Shown in pieces: positions 24,621 through 36,383 of a stretch of 64,000 nucleotides of DNA. The notes beneath the pieces were generated by a model. That model saw only the letters and a program-made list of their open reading frames with translations, did not search any database and was not told the DNA's origin. The stretch is from Pecten maximus (lineage: Eukaryota). A program made the translations under genes and the position numbers. Numbering within the stretch: position 1 is the stretch's first letter; each line of letters begins with the position of its first letter. Where the stretch lies: NCBI RefSeq assembly GCF_902652985.1, contig NC_047016.1, forward strand, positions 11,408,001 through 11,472,000. The letters run 5' to 3'.

Positions 24621-26074
24621 TGACCAATCTCTGTCCTATTTGGACATTACCCTTCTTCCATTTAATGGCGCTTAACTCCAAACTTCCTAACCCATATTGT
24701 TTGTCTTCCCTTTGTGGATTATGTAGACCAATTAGATAAGATTCCATGCAGTCGTCCTAGATTTGTAGCATTTCAAAGTGAAAAAAAAAAAAGAAATCAG
24801 ACGGGAGTGATGTCGCACTTCGGCATCATTTCTCATAGGCTAGCTCTCATGGCCAGCAGAGCAAAACAATGCGCTAGCGATCTTTTGATGTACTGCCATG
24901 GATTTTTATGAAACATTTCAGGAGTATTTAAAATATTAAATATATACCTTATTTGGTAGAAAACAGAGACGTACTTCTCAACAAGAATTACGCGTATTTA
25001 TATGTGATTAGTTTTAAGCAAACATTTAAATTTAGCTACAGCAGAAATGTTGAATTTCGTAAAACCAGTATTTCTCAATATTCACTCATTTAAACGAAAA
25101 ATACACGGAAGAAATTATAGAAATTCACGTTATTTAAAGGGTGTGTTTAGATGTCCAAACTAAAATGTAAACTAGACTTCAGGTTTCTTTTGAATACCAC
25201 AGATAGAATCTAAAATGTCAACGCCCACATTCCCTGCATCCCGAATTGCCTGTCACTGGACCATACATTCTAGATGCTATGTCTATTTTGTAATCTGACT
25301 ATATACCAAGTTTGAGGTTTGGACATAACTTTTTGTACAACGGATCTAAATGCAAAACTTAAAGTGAAATGTATTGCTGACGACGACACCGGAACAGAAA
25401 CACCGTAGTCTTGCTTTCGCAACTTTGGTCCCAGTTAACACAAGAGTAGTGATTATTCAGATATCCTCAAACTGACTTAAATGGTGAAATATTAGTAGTT
25501 ATAAACAAATATTAACAAGCTGATCATTTAACCACGTCAATGATATTCCCTGTGGATATTTAGAGATCTTGGACTAGTATTTTTAGTTATTGACCACTAT
25601 CAGAACCACGCCCCCACAATGACACGACTTTAGATGTAATATGTGTCTTTACATGTTCTAGAACTTACATACACCGACATTTTTATCGGGAATCAAACAG
25701 ATTGTTATCGGCTGTACAAATATTATGACGAAGTTCCCATTGATCTCTGCTAAACTGCGATATCTATAGATAAACTTTTGCATCCACACGTGACTGGGAG
25801 GTCAAATGTAGACTTAAATATATTGCTGAACAGATCATAGTACAATAGAAGAGGAATAAAAACAGCGATCTTCTTTTTTTTTATCAAAAAGTGACGCCAT
25901 AAGTGTGCTTTTCACATCCGCTCAATTCTCAAGATAACCTCAACATCTCAGCCGAATTATTATGTAGTATAAATCTTGTTTTAAAAGGCACCAAATGATA
26001 CAAATCAGTCATCATATGTCCATATTACACCATGAACACGGTCAACAGTTTGATTGTTTCCCCGTTTCCCACGT

Positions 26075-27050
26075 TGGACCGACACGAGTCTTTGTGTCCG
26101 GGTTATGTCACTTTGGACCGACGCGGGTTTTATTGTCCAGGTTGTGTCCACTTTGGACCGACGCGGGTCTTAGTGTCCAGGTTATGTCACTTTGGATCGA
26201 CGCGGGTCTTAGTGTCCTGGTTGTGTCCACTTTGGACCGACGCGGGTCTTAGTGTCCAGGTTATGTCCACTTTGGACCGACGCGGGTCTTAGTGTCCAGG
26301 TTGTGTCCACTTTGGACCGACGCGGGTCTTAGTGTCCAGGTTATGTCCACTTTGGACCGACGCGGGTTTTATTGTCCAGGTTGTGTCCACTTTGGACCGA
26401 CGCGGGTCTTAGTGTCCAGGTTGTGTCCACTTTGGACCGACGCGGGTCTTAGTGTCCAGGTTATGTCCACTTTGGACCGACGCGGGTCTTAGTGTCCAGG
26501 TTATGTCCACTTTGGACCGACGCCGGTCTTAGTGTCCAGGTTGTGTCCACTTTGGACCGACGCGGGTCTTAGTGTCCAGGTTGTGTCCACTTTGGACCGA
26601 CGCCGGTCTTAGTGTCCTGGTTGTGTCCACTTTGGACCGACGCGGGTCTTAGTGTCCAGGTTATGTCCACTTTGGACCGACGCGGGTCTTAGTGTCCAGG
26701 TTGTGTCCACTTTGGACCGACGCGGGTCTTAGTGTCCAGGTTGTGTCCACTTTGGACCGACGCGGGTCTTAGTGTCCAGGTTGTGTCCACTTTGGACCGA
26801 CGCGGGTCTTAGTGTCCAGGTTATGTCCACTTTGGACCGACGCGGGTCTTAGTGTCCAGGTTGTGTCCACTTTGGACCGACGCGGGTCTTAGTGTCCAGG
26901 TTATGTCCACTTTGGACCGACGCGGGTCTTAGTGTCCAGGTTATGTCCGCGTCACACCGATGTAGGCCGTAGTATCCAGGTTGTGTCCACTTTGGACCGA
27001 CGCCGGTCTTTGTGTCCAGTTTATGTCCGTGTTAGACTGAGATAGGTCAC
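26075..27050. repeat. 40-bp minisatellite (~24 copies)
   Basis: Unit gtgtccactttggaccgacgcgggtcttagtgtccaggtt. Confidence 0.96.
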
Positions 27051-27949
27051 AGTTCGTGTTCTTGTTCGGTACTTCAAGAAAAAGTAGAAGTAGTTATCCG
27101 GGAAACACATTTGTCAAGGATTTAGGATGGAAACGATTTAATTTGTCTAATATGCCTGAAACATTCTTTTTCATTAATTATTCAGGTACCCCTCGCTGTC
27201 CGTTATATTGTTATTTTAAAAACTTTCTGATATGTATTCCGGATGAAATATTCAGTTCAATTTATTGGGATTGTTGATCAACTAGCAATGATGAATTGAG
27301 GCAATGCTATTCAAATGACACGAAAACAATGGTAGCGAACGGCGAGTCATCATCGTCGGTGACAGCAAATGTAGACACATGGAGGAGCAAATCCCTGAAC
27401 TTGCCTCAGGAAGTACATATCATCTAAAGTTTATTTACAAAGGAGATACATCGTCATCTGATACTGAACTCGAGAGGATACTGCACGATACCGTGAGAAT
27501 CTCGAATCTGATCCTACCGATATGGTTCGGTACCTGCGAATTAATGGGGAAATGGTAGATATGTAAACACTGACAGCGGAGAATCGGCGGGATGTGTACC
27601 AACAAGATACCAATAACTAAAAATTTTATTTTAAGGAGAATCAACGGGGCTATTGTGTTGTCTTAGGACATTCTATATGTATGCATTAGAGTTTTGAACC
27701 AAAACAAAGGTCAATATTTTGAAACCAACGATGGAATTGTAATCATATTAAACCAATAAATGGACTCTAAACCTAGAAATAGAACTTAGAACAGTGACAC
27801 TCAAGTACCAAGCTCACCACGGTACGTGATAATGAGACACAATTAAAACATCGAGGAATTATTTAAATTAATGAGATGCACCATATGTATAACGAACTGT
27901 CTACAAGTTCCTGGCGGAAGAAAAATGCGCGAATTCTCTCGTGTAAGGT

Positions 27950-29000
27950 GAACGACAGTGTAATCATATTTTCTAACTAAAACAGTATGAAACATCTTTG
28001 GCAAGTCTGTACTCAAAACAACAGCTAGATTCGAGATACTGCAGGATGAAATGAACCAAATAGAATCTGAACTAGTCTACTATTTAATTAACAAACATGT
28101 TGAGGAAGAAGTACACCACTGGACAGTACCACTTATAGTTAGCAAACATGTTCGAGGAAGAAACTTGTACAACACAGGGAAAAGAAATACAACGAGAAGT
28201 AAATCAACAGATCTCCAACAATCTATCTCAACAAGTTAGAGATGAAAGCTTTCTGGATGTAGCATTTAATCTCCCGGAAACCAATATGGTAACAGGAGAG
28301 ATGAGGAGAATGGAAGACACGGAAGCACTCAGAATGATCCTCGACGAACTGGAGATTAATGTAGGAATACCATCGGCCATTAGATTAGGGGAATCACACA
28401 AAACAAGACCACTTAAAATCTTCAAAGACAGATACTTCTCTAAGCGATCAATACAACCTGCTCCATGTGTAAAAGGGCGATCAATAGTGAACGTCTAACG
28501 ACCAGACAAAGAATGGAAAACAAAAAGGAGACAAGAAAGAAAAAGACAGATACAACAGAAATCCAACAAAAATTCCATAAGAACACTAGATATATGTTTT
28601 AGGGGAGTTAGAAACGTAGGTGATGGCCCAGACACAATATCATCAACAAGTACCAATGAGTTTGCAGAGGAAACAACAAGAATTTATCCTGACCGATAAC
28701 CAGAAGCAGACGCATGTGCTGACATCAACAAATTAGTGAAATTGTCTGACGGTTAGCAACTTATGTTCAAAATTCAGAAATGTAAACATGTACATCCAGG
28801 AACAGAAACAACGGACACTGGAACTACAAAATGGGCAATACTCTTATCCATAAAGAGAGAAACACCTGGGCGTCATAATAGGAAAAAAAACTTACAGTTT
28901 ACAAGTCGCATTCAAACACCTGTTAATAAAGTCAACAGGGCACTTGGAGTCATAAAACAGAAGTTTTCACTACTCGAAAAATAAACCCTGCTGTAACCTT
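27950..29000 (+). mobile_element. Decayed CR1/L2-like LINE remnant
   Basis: The 28148-28498 ORF has ORF1-like NLPE...IRLG...TRPLKI. The 28763-28984 region has RT C-terminal-like FKIQKCKHVH...VNKVNRALGVIKQKF. Frameshifted and deleted. Confidence 0.6.
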
Positions 29001-29104
29001 TATTTCCGTAGAGAATGGCCAAAGACGTCCTACCAAATTGTGTGTCCGTGTGAGACAGGGATAGGCCATATACTGAGATAGGCCGTGCACATCCGTGTTG
29101 ACAT

Positions 29105-29283
29105 TGTTGTGTCCGCGTGCGTAAGACTGAGATACGTCATATACATGTTATGTCCGCGTAAGACTGAGATACGTCATATACATGTTGTGTCCGCGTAAGA
29201 CTGAGATACGTCATATACATGTTGTGTCCGCGTAAGACTGAGATACGTCATATACATGTTGTGTCCGCGTAAGACTGAGATAG
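29105..29283. repeat. 37-bp tandem repeat (~4.5 copies)
   Basis: Unit gtgtccgcgtaagactgagatacgtcatatacatgtt. Confidence 0.88.
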
Positions 29284-29776
29284 ATTGTACTGTCGAGTTA
29301 ACTCCATGTTATGACATAGACAGGTCGTTGTCACTGTGTATACGCATATGTGTGTGGAGTATTTATTTAATATATTGTATAACACGCATGCTTTTGTACT
29401 GATAAGGACACACATATCCTCGGGATTGATAAGTTAACATATTCAGCTAAAGAGATGTGAATATATAGGTGACATAGTTAGGACGTGATCCAAAATTGTG
29501 TCACCATCAAACATGAGTGGTATCTATATTGTATGAATATCGTGCCCATGCAGTGATAAAATCTCCAAAAGTCTCGTGCTTCTGACGTGTCCTTGAGATA
29601 AATAGACGGGCATTGAACTAAATGTAAACAGATAACACTTATCTCGGTAGGAGCGTTACGTTACACCACGATACATCCACAAATAATCCTATTAACAACA
29701 TGGATATTGCCTGATGGACAACTCTACCTTCTGTATCACAAGTTAACATATCAGCCAGTTTTAACGACACGGAATC

Positions 29777-31918
29777 ATGGACAGCGGTTCGACTTCTGGA
29801 CTAGTGCAGTGCTCGTCTCTGGACACAGCCTGGAATGACTGGATTTTCGACTCGAGCTACGCAAACGTCAACGAGGAGGATTTGGCTGCGGAAATATCTA
29901 AGCTTAACGATTTGGCGTATGAGACAGCTGAGGAACACCGAATGGTTGGGGGAGAGTCAGATATTTCTGTAAGGTTGGCCGTGGGACAGACCGTAGAAAC
30001 AAGCAATTCAAAATACGGCGTCGTTATAGATACTCTGGACGAAGAACCTATCAAACTTGATTCTGAAATTTTTGGAGGTTATGTGAGTTCGGTGTTACAA
30101 TATCCAGATGATTTTCAGTATTCTACAGTTAGCCATGAAGACAGACCTGACGACGTGCTTGTGAGGAACAGTGATGAGGCGATAACGCCAAACACATGCA
30201 ATAAGCCACCCGACCCAAAGGTAATACCCAGCATAGTCGCTGTTCAAGGCGAGGTGTCCATTTCCTCTCCAGATTCAAAACATGAAATAACTGTCCAAGC
30301 CGATATGTGCTTTCCACAGCATTCACCGGAAGCTGATAAAGCTCCGCCAAAAGAAGGAGAATATTCGTGCCCAAAGGCAGATAGTGAAATTGTTGTTCAA
30401 TCAGGAGAACCTGCAGCAGGGAGTATTATCAGGAATCAAAAAGTTACTGTACCCTGTAATAAACATTCAGATGCTGTGGCCGAGAGTTACTGTAAAGTGT
30501 GCGATGAGTTAGCGTGTGTGAGTTGTGTCTGTAGCCGACACCTTGGCCATCAGTTAAAGCCGGTCGAGGACTCTATAGAGACAAAGAAACAGGAGCTCGT
30601 GGAGATGCTGGACATCCTTACAGAAAACTACATCCCGAAACTACACCAACGTATTATCTCGAATAAACATTTCAGTCGAAAGTATGAGGATCGCATAGAT
30701 GAGTTGATGAACGAAATCAAAACCAGAGAAACAAAAATTCAAACTCTGCTTAGAAACACTTCTGCTGCCAATATTACTACATTGCGGAACCACAGAAAAC
30801 AGCAGCAGGAAACATCAAGCCGGATTGAAGCAGAATGGGATGATCGACTAGTCAATATACGAGATCTCGTGAAACAGGGTCATACGGTGTGTACCCCAGA
30901 CAAAGCTTTCAAGGTGGTCAAAGATCTGAGATCAACCCTCAAGTCGCTAGATGCCGCACTCGAAGAACTGCAGGGAACCATACTAACACCGACATTGGCA
31001 GACAGTCAGGACATGTCTCTGGATATGGTGACTGAGATGCTTGGGACCATCACCACGACAGAGGATAGTAGCGATGAACGACCACAACGGGAGAATCTGG
31101 AACTCAATACCACATTCAAATTTTCCAAGAATTCAATATGGGCGCTTGTGACACATGGCGATGGATCTGCGTGGATAGCGGCGCACGAGGATTCCACAAT
31201 CCGGCTTGTGACAAAGACGGGGGTTGTTCTTAGATCCGTCACTCTCTCGACCAAAGTATACGACATCACGGTAAACGCTGACGGGAATCTCTTGATTTCT
31301 GCCGTCCACGATAGCCATGTATGGCAGCTCTCCTCCAACAGAGACATCACTAGGTTCGTCAAATTCAAAGACATGTATCCTTGTGGCCTGTTTGCGTCTC
31401 CTAAAGGACACGTGTTCGTCGGACTGGTTCGAGGGGGGCTTCCAGACAAACACGCTGATAGCAGGCAATTCGTCGTCAAAATTTCGGCCAAAGGCAGCGT
31501 TCTTCAGAGATTCGAGAAAGATGAAGCCGGAAACGCTCTTTACTCCCTTCCTTACAGGATATGCGAGAACGCAAACGACGATGTATGCGTGGTTGATTGG
31601 ACCGACTCCGCGGAGGCCAGACTCGTCGTTACTGACCAAACAGGTAAACTCAATTTCATTTACACTGGTTTCAAGGAGGATGCACACTCATTCCGACCCG
31701 GTGGAATCGCATGCACGCCTGCTGGTATGATTTTGGTCTGTGATATATACAGGGATATCATTCACCTATTAAATGGAGGTGGTCAATGTGTAATGTTGTT
31801 GAACTCTCAAAGACTAGGCGGACTGTATGGTCCGTGTGACATCAGCTTGGATGCGGACGGATATCTGTGGGTCGGCGGCTGTAAGGGCAACGTCCAGTGT
31901 CTCAGATACAATGAGTGA
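29777..31918 (+). CDS. Intronless TRIM-like protein: B-box zinc finger, coiled coil and NHL-type beta-propeller, no RING (TRIM2/3/71-like family)
   Basis: 713-aa ORF. B-box CNKHSDAVAESYCKVCDELACVSCVCSRHLGH is followed by a helical/coiled-coil segment and NHL-like repeats (PYRICENANDDVCVVD, PGGIACTPAGMILVCD, PCDISLDADGYLWVG). AATAAA near 32587. Confidence 0.85.
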   Translation: MDSGSTSGLVQCSSLDTAWNDWIFDSSYANVNEEDLAAEISKLNDLAYETAEEHRMVGGESDISVRLAVGQTVETSNSKYGVVIDTLDEEPIKLDSEIFGGYVSSVLQYPDDFQYSTVSHEDRPDDVLVRNSDEAITPNTCNKPPDPKVIPSIVAVQGEVSISSPDSKHEITVQADMCFPQHSPEADKAPPKEGEYSCPKADSEIVVQSGEPAAGSIIRNQKVTVPCNKHSDAVAESYCKVCDELACVSCVCSRHLGHQLKPVEDSIETKKQELVEMLDILTENYIPKLHQRIISNKHFSRKYEDRIDELMNEIKTRETKIQTLLRNTSAANITTLRNHRKQQQETSSRIEAEWDDRLVNIRDLVKQGHTVCTPDKAFKVVKDLRSTLKSLDAALEELQGTILTPTLADSQDMSLDMVTEMLGTITTTEDSSDERPQRENLELNTTFKFSKNSIWALVTHGDGSAWIAAHEDSTIRLVTKTGVVLRSVTLSTKVYDITVNADGNLLISAVHDSHVWQLSSNRDITRFVKFKDMYPCGLFASPKGHVFVGLVRGGLPDKHADSRQFVVKISAKGSVLQRFEKDEAGNALYSLPYRICENANDDVCVVDWTDSAEARLVVTDQTGKLNFIYTGFKEDAHSFRPGGIACTPAGMILVCDIYRDIIHLLNGGGQCVMLLNSQRLGGLYGPCDISLDADGYLWVGGCKGNVQCLRYNE

Positions 31919-31947
31919 TTTTTATTACGGACAGTTAATCACTCATT

Positions 31948-32522
31948 CCTCATCACGGATATCACTTTGTCCTCATGGATAGTGATATATCCTCACGGAT
32001 AGTGATATGGCCTCACGGATAGTGATATGTCCTCATGGATGGTGATATATCCTCACGGATAGTGATATATCCTCACGGATAGTGATATGTCCTCATGGAT
32101 GGTGATATATCCTCACGGATAGTGATATGTCCTCATGGATGGTGATATATCCTCACGGATAGTGATATGTCCTCATGGATGGTGATATATCCTCACAGAT
32201 ATTGATATGTCCTCGCGGATAATGATAGGTCTTCATGGATAATGATATATCCTCACGGATAGTGATTATGTATCCTCACGGATAGTGATATGTCCTCATG
32301 GATGGTGATATGTCCTCATGGATGGTGATATATCCTCACGGATAGTGATTATGTATCCTTACGGATAGTGTTTTCCTCTCCTCATGGATAGTACTTCGCC
32401 CTCACGGATATTGCTTTTTCTTTACGGATAGTACTACATGTATATCCTCATGTATAATGATTTGTCCTCACGGATAGTGATTGCTCTCCTCGCGAAAAAG
32501 AATTTTTGTCACGGATAGTGAT
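31948..32522. repeat. 20-bp minisatellite in the predicted 3'UTR of the TRIM-like gene
   Basis: Unit cctca(c/t)ggat(a/g)gtgatat(a/g)t, starting about 30 nt after the stop and lying upstream of AATAAA near 32587. Confidence 0.9.
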
Positions 32523-32750
32523 TTGGGACACGGCAATCTTCATTTTCTATAGTATGGTCGGTCCAAATAACTTTTATTCTTATTACAATAAACAATGAGT
32601 TATTGATTCGCTTGAATGGTTCAGTACAATACCGCGTATAGTATATTGATTGTCTTCGATAATTGAAATCACGTGTTTTATGCTTTTATTTCGTGTGGTG
32701 TAATATTAATCCATGATAAGATATAAATATTAAAGAGGTCTGATAAAGTC

Positions 32751-32865
32751 CATCTTCGCTAGCCAAGGCTTCTGATTACGTAACACTCCCCTCTCCGTTG
32801 AATGTAACGTATACACTACTCTTCGTGGAGTGTAACTTGATAAGAAACCTTGGCTAGCGATGATG
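32751..32865. mobile_element. Small palindromic MITE (family copy 2)
   Basis: catcttcgctagccaaggcttctgattacg ... aagaaaccttggctagcgatgatg. Confidence 0.75.
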
Positions 32866-34268
32866 GGTATAGTCAAGTCACTTTATATGTTAAAAGACAT
32901 TAGTATCATAATCCACTATATTTCTTCGTCTGCAGGTCAAGTTTAACTCGGTCCTGACCATCACTAACACACAAATGGTTGATATCATTTGTAAATGAAC
33001 ATGTGGCTATTGCCACTTATACATACAAAGTTCATTAATTTATTTGTTAACATAACATTTATTTATTCGTATGTAATAGAATTTCATAAATATATAGTAC
33101 AGCCATTCGAAATTATGTGTCTTTGTCATGAGTACAATATATCGTCTTAAACAAAGACAGATGACAAGGCTATGTGTCATGAAGTGTAAAGTGGCCAATG
33201 TACGAAATGTCAATCGAAATGGAATTCTGTTAATAAAAAAAATGGAAGGAAGAACTGCATCATTGAGATGTCGATGTACTAAAGGTTATCGGAAACATGA
33301 AGTTGTTGTCAGCTTCGCGCTGTCACAATCATACAGACTGTCAAACACACACTCGTCACACGCACGCACCAATCAAAGTTGTTGATAGGACGATAAACAA
33401 TGTAAACAAAATTCCCAACCCGCGTGAACTTACAATTGATCAGGTTAATTAAAAAAACTTTAGTTTTATATTGCAAATTGCTATGTAAAATTATCTACCA
33501 CAAAAGGAGCATAACACCAACCAATGTGGCAAATCAATTGACAGAGGGACAAAAATTGATGAAAAAAACATGATTGTATTGAATGTAAGAAGAAAATAAG
33601 AAAATATATGTACATAAAGTCTAATGCTATCGCATGCTGTGTAAGTGTGTTTTCAAGAAATTATAAATTATGGTAGGTGTCGTTTAAACCTTCAATAAAG
33701 CGCTCTTTTGATATGATGGAAGGGTCGTGACTGTCAAGCAAATTGGTCCAAGAAAGCATCTCTACGACCATAAGGCTGAGGCATCATCCAAGATCATGTA
33801 TACCGTATAGATGGTTATTTTCATTTTCCCCGGTCGATTTTTACTTAAAATGAGGAAATGATAATACATCTTATCTTATTTTCGCGGGAAATGTCCTCGT
33901 ATTTTTAACTCTAAGTGGCCTATCGTTCCCATTATGTCTATCATTGAAGAGAGAGCTGTGTCTGATGTACTTACATCACAACAAAGAATTTCCCCGTATA
34001 TTTATATAGATTAACGGCGTTATCAAATTCCGGTTGCCTTTGACGTAATCTCTCGATAGTGTCTATTGTGTACAGTATCGAATCAGTTTTATCAGTAGTT
34101 TTCTATTTAAGGAACTACATGTAAGCAGGATTCCGTACATGTGCCACGTACGGAGTATTTCATGACATTTTACAAATTGTAGGACGAATACCAAAGTGTA
34201 CAGCGTAGCGCAAAGAATGCTGGGAGATGATGGTCGCGTCAACTGTTTATAATTTATGGATACTAAGT

Positions 34269-34357
34269 CAATCTAATTAAAATCTAGATGGTCATTCTCA
34301 CTACATACGTCACATGTACACGTAGTGAGAATGACCATCTAGATTTTAATTAGATTG
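34269..34357. mobile_element. 89-bp MITE with perfect 36-bp TIRs and 9-bp TSD (Mutator/MULE-type)
   Basis: caatctaattaaaatctagatggtcattctcactac - 17 nt - exact reverse complement; flanked by atactaagt at 34260-34268 and 34358-34366. Confidence 0.88.
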
Positions 34358-36383
34358 ATACTAAGTTAACTGTTAATTCATTACATAGCATATTTACCGG
34401 AAAGAGTTTATTCCGCAGAATTTTTTTTCAATTTTGTCCAGGTCCTTTGTTTTAGCACACTGAGGAAACTGGTCCAGAAAGGGGCCGAGTGATGGGAGGA
34501 AACAAGACAAGGCAGTGGAAAGTTCTACATTGTCAATAGAGGTTACTTGGTCAGTAATCTGTAAGTAGTACCCAAAGAATCTCCTTTGGATAGTGTAGGG
34601 TACTACCCATACTCCTGGAAATCCAGATAGGTGGAACCAAGTCGGAAATGTTAATTGCCTACTTTGGAGTAGAAGTGGAACCCTGCCTTACATACGGTCT
34701 CCATGTTGAGTAGCAATTACTCGGCGGATGTATACCTGAATGTACAGCTATGTGCTCTGAAAGCAGATTTTACACGGGAAGAGAAAGAAAATCAACAGCG
34801 CGAAAACTTGGCAGGCGGAATTTTGATTGGCCAAAGAGAGAAAGACGGCAACAGTTGCATCTGGGCCAAGCTAATGGTGTTTAGCGTGCTCATTAATAAA
34901 AGATCGTTTATGACATAATCTGTCTATGGACATAAGATCGTTTATGACGCAATATGTCTATGGACATAAGATCGTTTATGACACAATATATTATTGTAAG
35001 ACTTTTGGCTAACCCCAGGTGCTGTGACTTTTGCCATCTTCCTTTCCTTGACAAATCAAATTTACCTTAGGCCTAGTTGGAGACTGGGAGCTGGTATGGA
35101 CGTATTTATTCCAGATGCCGGGGCGTTGGTTTCTGTCCGATGAAAAAAAGAAAATCCATTCTGATTTAGCTCACAGTCCTGTGGATGTAGGCTGAGGAAG
35201 TGGGAGATTTATAAGAGCCGGAGAACCAAGTATGAAAACCGAATAGCAGAGGCAAAGGGTGACAAAGATGGATGAAAGCGAGACCAGTGTGGCTGTGCCC
35301 AGCAGTACACCAGCTGTATATATGTTTTAGAAACCATTGGACTGATATGTGGAGCATTTTAATTCCTTCCATTAAACCAACATCTTGGCTATTCAGATGC
35401 AGTTTTAAATATTTCAAACAAGTTTGGCCCTATAACATTAGAAGTGGGCCTAGGTTCATTTGAGTCATTTGAAGAAGAAGAAAAAAATCTTGTCCTTTAT
35501 CTCATCATACTTCTGTCTAAATACCATGATTCTGGGGCTTTTGGTCAATGGAAAGAAGTTATCTTTAAAGTTGGGTAGAGTCATTGAATGGTATTTCTCC
35601 ATTCCAGCATGCTAATTGCCCAATAGCAAGACCCTTGGTCATTCCGTTATGAGAAGTTGTTGAATTATTTTAATACATTTGACCCCTGTGATCTTGAAAA
35701 TAAGTCATGGTTATCCATTTGCAAACTTATTTGCTTTTCATTCCAACATGCTACCGGCCTAGTGTCTTTGCAATGGGCTTTTTGGTTTTTAAGAAAAAGT
35801 TGTTTAAATGGAAAAGTTGACATTTAGATGGACAATGGCCATCACACCACACTGCAGGCGCTCATACCCCAATGGCAGATGAGCTAAACATGTAAAACAA
35901 TTAAATATATAATTAATTAATCTTTCAGTTACAACAGGATTCGTCTAAATGTTGTTATAGCGCCTGAAATAATGCTCCTTTGACCTTGACATCTGACCTG
36001 ATGACTCTGACCTTTTGTCTGCTGACACCTTGTTGAGTTCTGATCAACTTTGCTTCATAATGCCATGACAAAAGGTTCACCAGTGAAAAGATACAAAATT
36101 TGACCTTGACCTTTCACCAAGATCCAATGACCTTCACGTTTGGTCACTCGACTCCTTGTTTAATTCTGATTAACTTTGCTTCATCTGTCATAACTAGCGA
36201 AGAAGTCATTTGGCACTGCCCCACACCTCACTGGGGTCCACCCTACTATTTGTACAATTTTGAACACCCCCCCCCCCCCCCCCCCCCACCCCCACCACCA
36301 CCACCACCACTTAGGGATGCTACCAGTCAAATATGAGCGATATCCATTGCTTAGTTCCAGAGAAGAAGTCGTTTCTAGTTGGG

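Noticed and set aside
25995-26492. Repetitive ORFs in the 40-bp array
   Set aside because: Translations of a minisatellite with no domain or splice support.
29857-31730. Antisense and alternative-frame ORFs inside the TRIM-like gene
   Set aside because: Shadow ORFs of a GC-balanced coding sequence.
36100-36336. Polyproline ORF
   Set aside because: Produced by a poly-C/(cca)n tract in a repeat flank.
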